From Gemmatimonadota bacterium (GTDB taxonomy: Bacteria > Latescibacterota > UBA2968 > UBA8231): a DNA stretch of 64,000 nucleotides. Location: NCBI GenBank assembly GCA_038153405.1, contig JAYOYH010000011.1:47560-111559 (forward strand). The letters are read 5' to 3'. Made by a program: the position numbers and the translations under genes. The notes below the pieces were generated by a model. That model saw only the letters and a list, made by a program, of their open reading frames with translations, made no database searches and was not told where the DNA came from. Positions 10,381 through 20,741 of the stretch are shown piece by piece; within the stretch, counting starts at the first letter, position 1; each line of letters opens with the position of its first letter.

Positions 10381-11064
10381 ATGACCGCCTTTTCCAGAAC
10401 GCCCACTGCCGATGGAGAGCAGGCCAGCGCAACCCGCACGCGTCTGCTCGACGTGGCCGAACAACTCTTTGCCGAACGGGGCATCGATGCCACCTCGCTG
10501 CGCGCCATAACGGCAACCGCCGGTGCCAATTTGGCCTCCGTCAACTACCACTTCGGATCAAAAGATGCCCTCTTCCGCGAAGTTGTGGCCCGGCGCCTTG
10601 GTCCGATCAACGCCGAGCGCCTGCGCCTGCTCGAAGAGGCCAAGTGCCAGGCGGCCGACGGCAATCCCCCGCTTGAAAGTGTGCTCAGCGCCTTTCTGGC
10701 TCCGGCCTTGCACCTGCAATCGCAGAGGCCGCAGGAAGGCAAAAACATCATGAACCTGATGGGACGCCTCTACAGCGATCCGCGCGCCGACGAGCTAAAA
10801 AAGCTCTTTTACGGCGAGTTTAAAGAGGTGTTCCAGCGCTTCACATCTGCACTCAAGCACGCCGCACCCGACGTGGCTGACGACGAGATCATCTGGCGCT
10901 TTTTTTTCGTCGTCGGCGCCATGGCGCACCTTATGAGCGCTGGCGATGTGCTCAACCACGCCTCAAATGGACTGTGCGATCTCGAAGACGTCGAAGCCAA
11001 CATCGGGCGCCTCGTGGCCTTTAGTGCTGCCGGTTTTCGCGCGCCGAACTCACCCACCTCCTAA
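10381..11064 (+). CDS. TetR/AcrR family regulator (PsrA-like)
   Basis: TRTRLLDVAEQLFAERG..TSLRAIT..AGANLASVNYHFGSK HTH. Confidence 0.93.
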   Translation: MTAFSRTPTADGEQASATRTRLLDVAEQLFAERGIDATSLRAITATAGANLASVNYHFGSKDALFREVVARRLGPINAERLRLLEEAKCQAADGNPPLESVLSAFLAPALHLQSQRPQEGKNIMNLMGRLYSDPRADELKKLFYGEFKEVFQRFTSALKHAAPDVADDEIIWRFFFVVGAMAHLMSAGDVLNHASNGLCDLEDVEANIGRLVAFSAAGFRAPNSPTS

Positions 11065-11094
11065 TGTCAAGTTAATGCAGTTGAGGAAAACACC

Positions 11095-12516
11095 ATGAAG
11101 TGGATCATCTCGTTAATCACCCTAGCGCTGGGTGCCTGCGCCTCCGCTCCCCCCGCACGGCATCCCGACTTAGCAGTGGCCGTGCCATCCGAGTGGGCAG
11201 GCGACGGCGCTACCCCGCTCGAGCACTGGTGGAACCAACTCGGCGATGCGCATCTCGATAGCTTGGTGCGGCAAGCGCTGAGCAGCAACTTCGACCTACA
11301 GAGTGCTGCAGCGCGCCTAGAGCAGGCGCAGGCACAAGCGCGCATTGCCGGTGCACCACTCCAGCCGGGCATCGCCCTCGGCGGCTCGGGCGCAAAGCGC
11401 AAACAAAACTTTGTTGGCTTCCCCATTCCCGGAAGCCAAGGGCAGGTACTCAGCACGACCACCTATAGCTACGGCATCAACCTCAGCGCGAGCTGGGAGC
11501 TAGATCTGTGGGGTAGCCTGCGCGCCGGAGCGCGTGCAGCTCTCGCCGACGCAGAGGCGGCGCACGCCGAATACAGCGGCGCGCGCCTGTCGCTGGTCGC
11601 ACAGACGGCGCGCGCCTACTTCGCCGCCGTCGAGGCCGAACGCCAAGTCGAACTGGCCCGCGCCACCGTCGATAATTACCGCCTGTCCAACGAACAGATC
11701 GACCGCCGCTACCAGCGCGGGCTGAGCGCTTCGCTGGAACTCCGACTCGGGCGCGCCAACCTCGCTGCGGCCGAAGCAACCCTCGAACAGCGGCGCCAGC
11801 AGTTGGACCGCAGCCGGCGCCAGTTAGAGCTGCTGCTGGGGCGCTATCCCAGCGGTCGCATTGCCACCGGCAGCGCATTGCCCACCATAGCGACGGCAGT
11901 GCCGACCGGTCTACCCGCCGACTTAGTTAGTCGACGACCCGATCTAGCCGCGGCCGAGCGCCGCCTGGCAGCGGCGCAAAATCGCCTGACGCAGGCGCGC
12001 GGCCAGCTGCTGCCGCGCATTAGCTTAACCGCATCGACGGGCACTTCTTCTAATGAGCTAAAGAACCTGCTAAACGGCGATTTTTCCGTGTGGAACTTGC
12101 TGACCAATATCAGCCAACCACTGCTACAAGGTGGGCGCCTGCGCGCCGGAGTCGACCTAGCCAAAGCCGGCAGCGAAAGCGCCTTAGCCGCCTATGCACA
12201 GAGCGCGCTGCGCGCCTATGCCGAAGTGGAGCAGGCGCTCGCAGCAGAACAGTTTCTCGCCCGCCAGGAGAGTGCGCTACAAACGGCCAGCGTCGAAGCG
12301 CGCGCCGCGCGCACGCTGGCCGAAGACCGCTACACCAAAGGCCTGTCTGACCTCATCACCCTGCTCGATGCCCAGCGGCGCGCGTTCGACGCGGAAAGCC
12401 GCCTGCTCTCCGTGCAGCGCCAGCGCCTCGACACGCGCATCGATCTACACCTCGCCCTCGGCGGCGATTTCAGCGACGCACCGCTCGTCTTTCAACACGC
12501 GGAGATCACGCGATGA
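11095..12516 (+). CDS. Outer membrane efflux lipoprotein (NodT/OprM family)
   Basis: Lipobox LGAC, SWELDLWG, LPADLVSRRPDL, LHLALGG. Confidence 0.93.
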   Translation: MKWIISLITLALGACASAPPARHPDLAVAVPSEWAGDGATPLEHWWNQLGDAHLDSLVRQALSSNFDLQSAAARLEQAQAQARIAGAPLQPGIALGGSGAKRKQNFVGFPIPGSQGQVLSTTTYSYGINLSASWELDLWGSLRAGARAALADAEAAHAEYSGARLSLVAQTARAYFAAVEAERQVELARATVDNYRLSNEQIDRRYQRGLSASLELRLGRANLAAAEATLEQRRQQLDRSRRQLELLLGRYPSGRIATGSALPTIATAVPTGLPADLVSRRPDLAAAERRLAAAQNRLTQARGQLLPRISLTASTGTSSNELKNLLNGDFSVWNLLTNISQPLLQGGRLRAGVDLAKAGSESALAAYAQSALRAYAEVEQALAAEQFLARQESALQTASVEARAARTLAEDRYTKGLSDLITLLDAQRRAFDAESRLLSVQRQRLDTRIDLHLALGGDFSDAPLVFQHAEITR

Positions 12517-13760
12517 AAACAGTTTTTAAAACTATACTACCCATACTCATCCTCGCCGTTGGCGCCGGTGCATTTGTCATGCTGGTATCGATGCAGACGC
12601 AACCAGAGCGCATCGAGCGGCCCTATATAGGGCCCTTAGTCGAAGTCGTGTCGGCTCCGGCTCAGCGCGTGCAAGTCGTAGTCGAAGGCCAGGGCACGGT
12701 GCGACCCGATGCGCAGATCAGCTTAGTCCCACAGGTATCTGGCATCGTCGTCTGGAAGGACGAGAACTTCAAGCCGGGCGGCTCCTTTGCCAAGGGCGAC
12801 GTCCTCTTCCACATCGACCCGCGCGACTACGAACTGGCCATCCGCCAGGCAAGGGCACAGGTCGAACAGGCGCGCTACCAGCGCGATCTGGCGCAGCAGG
12901 AATCGGGTGTGGCGCTCCAGGAGTGGCAGCGTTTACGCGGCGACGAAAGCGCTCCCTCTGCGCTGGTAGCGCGCCTTCCGCAGCTGCGAGCTGCGGAAGC
13001 CAACCTAGCCGCTGCTCAGGCGCGGCTAGAAGAGTTTGAGCTGCGCCTCGAGCGCACCCGCTTAACGGCGCCCTTTAACGGGCGCGTGCGCACTGCCCAA
13101 GTAGACGTTGGCCAGCACGTCAATGCTGGCCAACCTATTGCACAGCTCTACAGTATCGAGCGGGCCGAAATCGTCGTGCCGGTACCCGACGAGGAACTCG
13201 CCTGGTTCACGCTCCCCGCACCGGTAGACGACCGATCGAACGAATTCGCCGCATTACCCGTCGCCGGCACCGGCGATGAAGAGTCGAACGCTCCCTTTAT
13301 CTATGCTCGCAGCGGTGCAACGACCTTTGTGCAGGGCTCCTTTGCCGGACAGCGCCACCAGTGGCAGGGCCGCGTGGTGCGCACCGAAGGCGAACTGGAC
13401 CCGCAAAGCCGCATGGTGCGACTCGTCGTTGAAGTGGACGATCCCTACGGCGCCATTGCCGACGGCACGCCCCCGCTCACCGTGGGCATGTTCGTCGATG
13501 TGGCCATCGCCGGACGCTACGTCGACGGCGTGCGCGTGGTGCCGCGCGCCGCACTGCGCCAGGGCGATGCCGTTTGGGCCGTGGGCCGCGACGGAGTACT
13601 GCGCATGTGCCAAGCCAACGTGCTCAGGCGCATGCGGGAAGACGTGATCGCGCGTATCGAACTGCGCGACGACGAGCGCATTATCACCTCGCAGATCAGC
13701 GGCGTAACCGATGGTATGAAAGTGCGCATTAGCGATAGAGAAAAGGAGGCTGGATCGTGA
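12513..13760 (+). CDS. RND periplasmic adaptor (membrane fusion protein)
   Basis: N-terminal TM, LVPQVSG, LTAPFNGRV lipoyl halves; ATGA overlap. Confidence 0.93.
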   Translation: MKTVFKTILPILILAVGAGAFVMLVSMQTQPERIERPYIGPLVEVVSAPAQRVQVVVEGQGTVRPDAQISLVPQVSGIVVWKDENFKPGGSFAKGDVLFHIDPRDYELAIRQARAQVEQARYQRDLAQQESGVALQEWQRLRGDESAPSALVARLPQLRAAEANLAAAQARLEEFELRLERTRLTAPFNGRVRTAQVDVGQHVNAGQPIAQLYSIERAEIVVPVPDEELAWFTLPAPVDDRSNEFAALPVAGTGDEESNAPFIYARSGATTFVQGSFAGQRHQWQGRVVRTEGELDPQSRMVRLVVEVDDPYGAIADGTPPLTVGMFVDVAIAGRYVDGVRVVPRAALRQGDAVWAVGRDGVLRMCQANVLRRMREDVIARIELRDDERIITSQISGVTDGMKVRISDREKEAGS

Positions 13761-16700
13761 AGTCACCCATCACCTGGATGGCGAATAACCACGTCGCCGC
13801 CAACTTGCTCATGGGCTTTATCATGCTCAGCGGTCTGTTTGCCATGCTGCAGACCAAGAAAGAGACGTTTCCGGAAATGTCGCTCGACCAGGTGCAGATC
13901 CAAGTACCTTATCGAGGTGCGGCACCGGCCGAAGTTGAAGAAGCGGTCTGCAAGCGCATCGAAGAGCGCGTGCGCGGCCTCGAAGGGGTGCGCCGGGTGC
14001 GTTCAACGGCCGCTGAGGGCATGGGCGTCGTCAGCGTCGAGATGGAGCGCGGCGTCGATATGAGTCAGATGCTAGACGACATAAAAAACGAAGTCGATCG
14101 CATTTCTACCTTTCCGGCAGAGACCGAGAAGGCCGTTATCAAGGAGCTGACGCGGCGTTCGCAGGTCATTGATGTCGTCCTCTACGGAGACGTGCGCGAA
14201 AAGGCGTTGAAAGTGGCCGCCGAGCGCGTGCGCGACGACCTGCGCAACAGCGGCGTCATATCGCAGGCCGAACTCAGCGGCGTGCGCGTCGACGAAATAT
14301 CGATCGAGGTTTCCGAGGAAGCTCTGCGCCGCTACAGCCTGACGTTTGATCAGGTGAGCGCCGCCGTGCGCCGCACCAGCCTCGATCTGCCGGCCGGCAG
14401 CGTCGAAAGCGAAGACGGCGAAATTCTCCTGCGCACGCAGGGGCTCATGCGCAGCGGCCGCGAGTATGAGGACGTCGTCGTCCTTACCCGTCCCGACGGA
14501 ACTTCGCTCAAGCTGGGCGATATCGCCGAGGTGCGCGATGGGTTTGAGGACAATGACCTCATTTCGCGCTTCAACGGCAAGCCGGCGGCCGTGGTGCAAG
14601 TCTATCGCACGGGCGACCAGAGCGCACTCGACATTTCCTCCTACGTGCACGAGTATGTAGAGGACAAGCGCTCCACCATGCCCAACGGTATCTCCATCGA
14701 CTATGCGCGCGACGATGCGCGCATTCTGCGCGGCCGCATGGATCTGCTCATCAGCAACGCTCGCCTCGGTCTGGTGCTGGTCTTTATCTGCCTGAGTTTT
14801 TTCCTCGATTTGCGCCTGGCCTTCTGGGTGATGATGGGCATCCCCATCTCCTTTCTCGGCGCCTTCGTGCTGATGGAGCCATTTGATGCCTCCATCAACA
14901 TGCTATCGCTATTCGCATTTATCGTCGCGCTGGGCATTGTCGTCGACGACGCCATTATCGTCGGCGAAAACGTCTTCGCGCATAGAGAAAAGGGTAAGGG
15001 TTTCCTGCGCGCAGCCATCGACGGCGCCCTCGAAGTGGGCAAACCCGTGATTTTTTCCGTGTTGACTTCCGTAGCCGCCTTTATGCCGCTGTTTTTTGTC
15101 GATGGGATGATGGGCAAATTCATGTCGATCATTCCCGTTATCGTCATCTCGGTGCTGCTGCTGTCGCTGGTCGAGAGCCTGTTGATTCTGCCGGCACACC
15201 TCTCTTCAAAGGGCGACGGCCTGTTGAACCGCGTCTTTGGCCGCCTCTTTCGCCACCCCCTCGACTTTCACGACCGCGTCGCCCGCTCCTTTGACCAAGG
15301 CCTCAAGCGCTTTGTGCAATCGGTATACCAGCCGGTGCTGCGCATCGCTCTGGCCAACCCAATCTCCAGCACGGCTATAGCCATTGCCCTTATGATGCTG
15401 ACTTTTGGCATGGTCGCCGGCGGACACGTCAAGTTCGTCTTCATGCCCAAAATCGAATCGGACTGGCTCACGGTTTCAGTCAATATGCCGCAGGGCACGA
15501 CGGTCGATCAGACCTCTAGGGTCGTTGAGTTCATCGAGAAAAAAGCGCTGGAACTGCGCGCGCAGGTCGATGAGGAAAATCCGGCCGAATATTCTATTTA
15601 CCGCAACGTGTTCACTTACATAGGCGATCAGCCAATGGGCCGGCGTTCGTCTATGACTGCGGCGGGCGGAGCGAGCGGCCGCGGCCATCTGGGCGAGGTG
15701 ACGATTGAGCTAAAGCCGGCCGAGGAGCGCGACATCGGCAGCACGGAGTTGGAGGCCCGCCTGCGCCAGCTCGTCGGCGAAGTGCCCGGCCCAGAGTCGA
15801 TGGTATTCTCCTCGTCGCTGTTCTCGGCGGGCAACGCCATCGAAATCGAACTGGCCTCAGACAACTTTGAACAACTGCCGCAAGCCGTCGAGCGGCTCAA
15901 GGAACAGATTGCCCAGTACTCGGGTACCGGCGATATCCAAGACAGCTTTGAAGAGGGCAAGCTGGAGATGAAGCTGCAGCTCAAACCGCAGGCGCGGACG
16001 CTGGGCATTGCGCTGGCCGACCTAGCGCGTCAGGTGCGCCAGGGCTTTTTTGGCGACCAGGTACTGCGCTTTCAGCGCGGCTCCGACGACGTGCGCGTCA
16101 TGGTGCGCTACCCAGAAGGCGAGCGGCGCACGATTGACGATGTGCGCTCTATGCGCATTCGCACGTCGAGCGGTGCCGAGGTTCCTTTCGACGAAGTAGC
16201 ATTGGTCGAGGTCGGACACGGCTTCTCCACCATACAGCGCACCGATGGTCAGCGCGTCGTCACCGTCAGCGCCAGCGTAGATGAAAAAGTAGCCAATGCC
16301 GACGAGATCAACGCCGATTTGGCGGTGCGCTTCCTGCCGGCACTCGTGCAGGACTACGCGGGACTGCGCTACAGCTTTGGCGGCGAACAGCGCGAGCGCA
16401 ACGACTCGCTGCAGAGCATGGTTTTCAACTTCACCATTGCGCTATTTGTCATCTACGTGCTGCTTGCTGTGCCCTTTAAGTCCTACATGCAGCCCTTTGT
16501 CGTTATGAGCGCCATTCCCTTTGGCATTATCGGCGCCGTCTGGGGACACGTATTTATGGGCATCGACCTAGCCATGCTGAGCCTGTTTGGCATCATCGCT
16601 CTGTCCGGCGTGGTCGTCAACGACTCGCTAGTGCTGCTCTCTTTTTACAACCAATTGTGCGACGAGGGCATGGGGCACGAGGCGGCACTGCTCGAGGCGG

Positions 16701-16963
16701 GCGCACAGCGCTTTCGCCCCATTTTGCTCACTTCGTTGACGACCTTTTTCGGACTGCTGCCAATGATTCTCGAAAAGAGCGTGCAGGCACAGTTTCTCAT
16801 TCCAATGGCCGTCAGCCTGGCCTTTGGCATACTCTTTGCCACGTTCATCATTCTCATTGGCGTGCCAGTCGGCACGATGCTGCTGGAAAAAACGCTGGCC
16901 ATCCTCGGCCGACTGTCGCAGAGCGAAGGCGTGGGCGACATCGCACCCGAAACGGCCGGATAG
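13757..16963 (+). CDS. RND efflux permease (AcrB family)
   Basis: 1068 aa, LGIVVDDAIIVGEN, RFRPILLTSLTT. Confidence 0.95.
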   Translation: MKSPITWMANNHVAANLLMGFIMLSGLFAMLQTKKETFPEMSLDQVQIQVPYRGAAPAEVEEAVCKRIEERVRGLEGVRRVRSTAAEGMGVVSVEMERGVDMSQMLDDIKNEVDRISTFPAETEKAVIKELTRRSQVIDVVLYGDVREKALKVAAERVRDDLRNSGVISQAELSGVRVDEISIEVSEEALRRYSLTFDQVSAAVRRTSLDLPAGSVESEDGEILLRTQGLMRSGREYEDVVVLTRPDGTSLKLGDIAEVRDGFEDNDLISRFNGKPAAVVQVYRTGDQSALDISSYVHEYVEDKRSTMPNGISIDYARDDARILRGRMDLLISNARLGLVLVFICLSFFLDLRLAFWVMMGIPISFLGAFVLMEPFDASINMLSLFAFIVALGIVVDDAIIVGENVFAHREKGKGFLRAAIDGALEVGKPVIFSVLTSVAAFMPLFFVDGMMGKFMSIIPVIVISVLLLSLVESLLILPAHLSSKGDGLLNRVFGRLFRHPLDFHDRVARSFDQGLKRFVQSVYQPVLRIALANPISSTAIAIALMMLTFGMVAGGHVKFVFMPKIESDWLTVSVNMPQGTTVDQTSRVVEFIEKKALELRAQVDEENPAEYSIYRNVFTYIGDQPMGRRSSMTAAGGASGRGHLGEVTIELKPAEERDIGSTELEARLRQLVGEVPGPESMVFSSSLFSAGNAIEIELASDNFEQLPQAVERLKEQIAQYSGTGDIQDSFEEGKLEMKLQLKPQARTLGIALADLARQVRQGFFGDQVLRFQRGSDDVRVMVRYPEGERRTIDDVRSMRIRTSSGAEVPFDEVALVEVGHGFSTIQRTDGQRVVTVSASVDEKVANADEINADLAVRFLPALVQDYAGLRYSFGGEQRERNDSLQSMVFNFTIALFVIYVLLAVPFKSYMQPFVVMSAIPFGIIGAVWGHVFMGIDLAMLSLFGIIALSGVVVNDSLVLLSFYNQLCDEGMGHEAALLEAGAQRFRPILLTSLTTFFGLLPMILEKSVQAQFLIPMAVSLAFGILFATFIILIGVPVGTMLLEKTLAILGRLSQSEGVGDIAPETAG

Positions 16964-16974
16964 ACTCACGCGCA

Positions 16975-17022
16975 GAGAGGGGTACTCCGCTTGGCCAAGC
17001 ACCGCGAGCGGAATGCCCCTCT
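16975..17022. terminator. Hairpin between convergent RND and MATE genes
   Basis: agaggggtactccgct / agcggaatgcccctct imperfect inverted repeat. Confidence 0.6.
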
Positions 17023-17033
17023 TTGTCGACGCG

Positions 17034-18446
17034 TTAGTGCGCGGCTTCGGGCGCAGCGGTTAGGCGATTCAGTTCCCAGCGAATCCAGGCGAGGGAAACC
17101 GTTGAAGTGATTCCACCGCCCAGCGCGAGTGCCAACCACACCGACTCCAACCCCATGGATAGCACGCGCACGAATAGAAAGGCCAGCGCCCCGCTGACCA
17201 ACACGACGCGCATTGCCGTCAGCAGCAGGCTGGGGATGCCTAGGCCCAATCCCTGAAAAACGCGTCCGCTTATTACGCCGACCGTGATAAAGGGGAAGGC
17301 AAAGACCATCGTGCGGATATATTGCACAGCCATGTCAACGATGACCACATCATCGGTGAAGATGGCGTATATGTAGGGGGCGGATACGTAGAAAAATACC
17401 CCAAATCCCACTGCCAGAATTTGTCCGCGCAGCAGGACGTAGTTGACCGTTTTGCGGATTAGATCGATGCGGCCGGCTCCGTAAAACATACCGGTTAGCG
17501 TGACCATGCTGGATGCCAGGGCAAAGGTGGGCAAAAAGTAGACCGCATCGAGGCGACCACCAATCCCATAGGCGGCCACCGCGTCGGCGCCGAAAGTGGC
17601 GATCAGGCGGTTGAAAAACATACCGCCCGTCGACATGACGACCATCGATAGCGAAGCCGGTAAACCGATTTGCAAAATGCTCCGCACCACGTTCGACGAG
17701 TAGACAAACGAGCGTATGGGCGGTTGCAAATAGGTGCCCTTGCGAATGAAGAAGTAGTAGAAAAAGACGATAAACACCGTCGCCTGGCTAATTATCGTCG
17801 CCCACGCTGCCCCGGCAATGCCCCAACCGGCGGTAAATATTAGCAGCGGATCGAGGACGAGATTGAGCAGCGTGCCGCCGATTTGGAAGGCGATCGGCGT
17901 GCGCGTATCGCCCTCGCCTGTGAGGATGGAGCGAAACTGCACGTTGAGATTGGAAAAGACAAAGCTGGGGGCAGTGATGCTAAAGTAGACGAGCGCACCC
18001 TGCAGCACAGCGGAGGGCACGCCCAGCGCGGTGAATATTTCCCGTCGGAAGAGCAGACCTAACGCGGGAATGAGTATCCCAACCAGCGCGCCTACCAGCA
18101 AGGCATGGCTGGCGGCATTGTCGGCACCGGCCTTGTCTTTAGCACCCAGCAGGCGAGCAATGGCGCTAGTCGCCCCCACGCCGAGACCAAAGGTAATGCC
18201 GATGGAGAAAAAGCCCAGCGGCATATTAAAGGTCAGCGCAGCAATGGCATCGCTTCCCAACTGGCCGACAAAAATCATATCGGTGAAACTATAGGCCGTC
18301 TGCACGGCCATGCCCAGGATGACGGGAACCGATAATTCCCATACGGCTTTGCGCGGTTCGGCAATAAACCGCTCCACCCGATTGTGCCCCCTGCCACCGG
18401 CCCCGAGCGGGTCGGCGTCTTCCCCTCTGGTCTGTTCTGCGGCCAT
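17034..18446 (-). CDS. MATE family efflux transporter
   Basis: Multi-TM, DMIFVGQLG..AIAA, GDTRTP, NLVLDPLLIF, GIAGAAWAT; start MAAEQ has GAGG RBS. Confidence 0.92.
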   Translation of the reverse strand: MAAEQTRGEDADPLGAGGRGHNRVERFIAEPRKAVWELSVPVILGMAVQTAYSFTDMIFVGQLGSDAIAALTFNMPLGFFSIGITFGLGVGATSAIARLLGAKDKAGADNAASHALLVGALVGILIPALGLLFRREIFTALGVPSAVLQGALVYFSITAPSFVFSNLNVQFRSILTGEGDTRTPIAFQIGGTLLNLVLDPLLIFTAGWGIAGAAWATIISQATVFIVFFYYFFIRKGTYLQPPIRSFVYSSNVVRSILQIGLPASLSMVVMSTGGMFFNRLIATFGADAVAAYGIGGRLDAVYFLPTFALASSMVTLTGMFYGAGRIDLIRKTVNYVLLRGQILAVGFGVFFYVSAPYIYAIFTDDVVIVDMAVQYIRTMVFAFPFITVGVISGRVFQGLGLGIPSLLLTAMRVVLVSGALAFLFVRVLSMGLESVWLALALGGGITSTVSLAWIRWELNRLTAAPEAAH

Positions 18447-18527
18447 TTCCTCTGCCCTGTCCCCATTCGCCATGGGGCAAGCATGCGCTCGCAAAACCCT
18501 TCCAGCTGGTGGGAATGAGTGGATCAA

Positions 18528-18541
18528 ACTGACTGGTCAGT
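18528..18541. promoter_or_regulatory. Palindromic operator upstream of MATE
   Basis: ACTGAC-tg-GTCAGT. Confidence 0.5.
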
Positions 18542-18586
18542 CAAAAACAAAGGTACGACCGTTTTTACTGGCGGCAAGACCGAGTC

Positions 18587-18615
18587 TTGACACGACTCCA
18601 ACGCCGCATCATACT
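18587..18615 (+). promoter_or_regulatory. sigma70-type promoter
   Basis: TTGACA-17-CATACT upstream of a GAGGAGG RBS. Confidence 0.6.
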
Positions 18616-18667
18616 TATGCGCCAGTGCCTTTGATACGTTCGTGACCCCTATGAGGAGGATGCTCCC

Positions 18668-19576
18668 TTGAAGGACTTCGAATACTGCACGCCCAAAACG
18701 CTGCGCGAGGCCGTATCGCTGCTGGCGGAGAAGGGCGAGGATGCCCGCGTCATGGCCGGCGGAACGGACTTGATCGTGCAGCTGCGCGGCAAGCGGTTCC
18801 AGCCCCAGCGCATCATTGACGTGAAAAACATACCGGAACTCAACGAATTGTCCTTTGGCAGCCGCAAGGGCTTGGTCATCGGCGCGTCGGTACCCTGCTG
18901 GCGCATGTACAACCATGCCGAAGTCGCCCAGCGCTACCCCGGACTCATCGACTCGGCCTCCATCATCGGGGGAATTCAAATCCAGGGACGCGCCACCTTC
19001 GGCGGCAATCTGTGCAACGCCTCACCCAGCGCCGACTCGACGCCGATCCTAATTGCTCACTCCGCGGTGTGCAACGTCATCGGCCCCGAGGGCAAGCGCA
19101 GCATACCCGCCGGAGAATTTTGTATAGCTCCGGGCAAAAATGCCCTCAAAGCCGGCGAATTGCTCGTTTCCATGCAGATGCCGGCCAATAAGAAAAACCA
19201 AGGATCTCACTACCAGCGTTTTATTCCGCGCAACGAAATGGACATCGCCGTAGTAGGCGTGGGCTCGTGGGTCGAATTGGCCAACCGCGGCAAGGAATTC
19301 AAAAGTGCGCATATTGCTCTGGGCGCCGTCGGGCCGACGCCGATTGTCGCCCGCGCAGCCAGCGAAGCGCTGGTCGGTCAGGCCGTCAGCGACGAGGCCA
19401 TAGCCGCCGCCGCCGAAGCAGCCAAGGCCGCGGCGAGTCCGATATCCGATATGCGCGGCCCGGCTGAGTTTCGCACCCATCTGGTCGGCGTGCTGGTCAA
19501 GCGCACCCTGCAGGGAGCTATCGCCCGCGCTAAAGGACACTTCGTCGCCAATGCCGTGCAGGAAGCCGCCGGCTAA
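18668..19576 (+). CDS. Xanthine/CO dehydrogenase family FAD subunit (CoxM-like)
   Basis: MAGGTDL, ATFGGNLCNASPSAD, PISDMRG; TTG start. Confidence 0.93.
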   Translation: MKDFEYCTPKTLREAVSLLAEKGEDARVMAGGTDLIVQLRGKRFQPQRIIDVKNIPELNELSFGSRKGLVIGASVPCWRMYNHAEVAQRYPGLIDSASIIGGIQIQGRATFGGNLCNASPSADSTPILIAHSAVCNVIGPEGKRSIPAGEFCIAPGKNALKAGELLVSMQMPANKKNQGSHYQRFIPRNEMDIAVVGVGSWVELANRGKEFKSAHIALGAVGPTPIVARAASEALVGQAVSDEAIAAAAEAAKAAASPISDMRGPAEFRTHLVGVLVKRTLQGAIARAKGHFVANAVQEAAG

Positions 19577-19725
19577 GCAGACTGCGCTGAGCGGCCGGCA
19601 AATGGGTCAACGGATTCGGCATAGACCCTTCTTCGGTCGACCGTGACCACGGCACCTACGCGGTTATCGTCTGCGGCTGAGACGAGACCTACACGGAAAA
19701 ATAAACGAGCTTAACGGAGCTAAAC

Positions 19726-20202
19726 ATGAGCAAAATACACGTTCATACGAAGATCAACGGCGAAGACACCGAATTCCTCTGCGAATCGCGTCAGAGCCTG
19801 CTCGAAGTCCTGCGCGAAACGCTGGGCTTTACCGGCACCAAAGAGGGCTGCAACGACGGCAACTGTGGATCCTGTTCGGTCATGCTCGACGGCGTGCTGG
19901 TCAATTCCTGCCTGGTGCTGGCCGTCGAAGCCGAGGGCCAGCACGTGACCACCGTAGAGGGGCTCGCTTCGCCCGAGGGCCTGCACCCGGTGCAGAGAAA
20001 GTTTCTCGAACATGCCGCCCTACAGTGCGGCATCTGCACGCCGGGCTTTCTGGTAGCCGCCAAGGCGCTGCTCGACCACAATCCCAATCCCAGCGAACAC
20101 GAGGTGCGCCACTGGCTAGCCGGCAATCTCTGTCGCTGTACGGGATACGATAAGATCGTGCGCGCCGTGCTGGATACGGCTCAGGAAATGCAGAACGCCT
20201 AG
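19726..20202 (+). CDS. Xanthine/CO dehydrogenase family 2Fe-2S subunit (CoxS-like)
   Basis: GTKEGC..GNCGSC, QCGICTPG, GNLCRCTGY. Confidence 0.95.
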   Translation: MSKIHVHTKINGEDTEFLCESRQSLLEVLRETLGFTGTKEGCNDGNCGSCSVMLDGVLVNSCLVLAVEAEGQHVTTVEGLASPEGLHPVQRKFLEHAALQCGICTPGFLVAAKALLDHNPNPSEHEVRHWLAGNLCRCTGYDKIVRAVLDTAQEMQNA

Positions 20203-20284
20203 ACCGCTATCGACCATCAGTATCGGGAGGGTATATGGCCTGGTTCGGCAACGACCGTAAGCGCGCTGTCGGCAGATTGCTCCA

Positions 20285-20551
20285 ATGCCAGTAGCATGGA
20301 TTCCCCCGCTCATGCAGAAACTGACCAACGGGCAAGGCCAGATCGAAGTGGCTGGCGATACGGTGCGTCAGGTGATCGACGATCTCGACGCGCGCTATCC
20401 CGGCTTTAAGGCGCGCATCTGCAATGAGGACGATCGCATCCGCCCCGAAATTGCCGTAGCCGTCGACGGCGAAGTGGTTACTACCGGCCTTCGCGCCAAG
20501 GTGAGCGTCGCCAGCGAAGTACACTTTCTGCCCGCGCTGGCCGGCGGTTAA
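20285..20551 (+). CDS. MoaD/ThiS family sulfur carrier
   Basis: 88 aa ubiquitin-like size, C-terminal LPALAGG. Confidence 0.9.
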   Translation: MPVAWIPPLMQKLTNGQGQIEVAGDTVRQVIDDLDARYPGFKARICNEDDRIRPEIAVAVDGEVVTTGLRAKVSVASEVHFLPALAGG

Positions 20552-20574
20552 CGCTCCGCAATCCAATCTGTATA

Positions 20575-20609
20575 GACCCGGTTTCTCGTCCGAGGGACCG
20601 GGTCATTTT
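20575..20609 (+). terminator. Intrinsic terminator
   Basis: gacccggt...accgggtc followed by atttt. Confidence 0.7.
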
Positions 20610-20741
20610 GTATCACCGCCAGAACTGGCGCATGCAATTATTGCATAAAGCGGCATTGCGCCGCTCCTCGCCTGCACCACACCCCGTTTTGATAAACCCA
20701 TAAATTATTTTTTAACAATATCTTATAGACTATTTCTGGCG

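Noticed and set aside
19577..19725. Moco riboswitch or other RNA between coxM and coxS
   Set aside because: Only short helices (gggtc/gaccc); could not match a known consensus by eye
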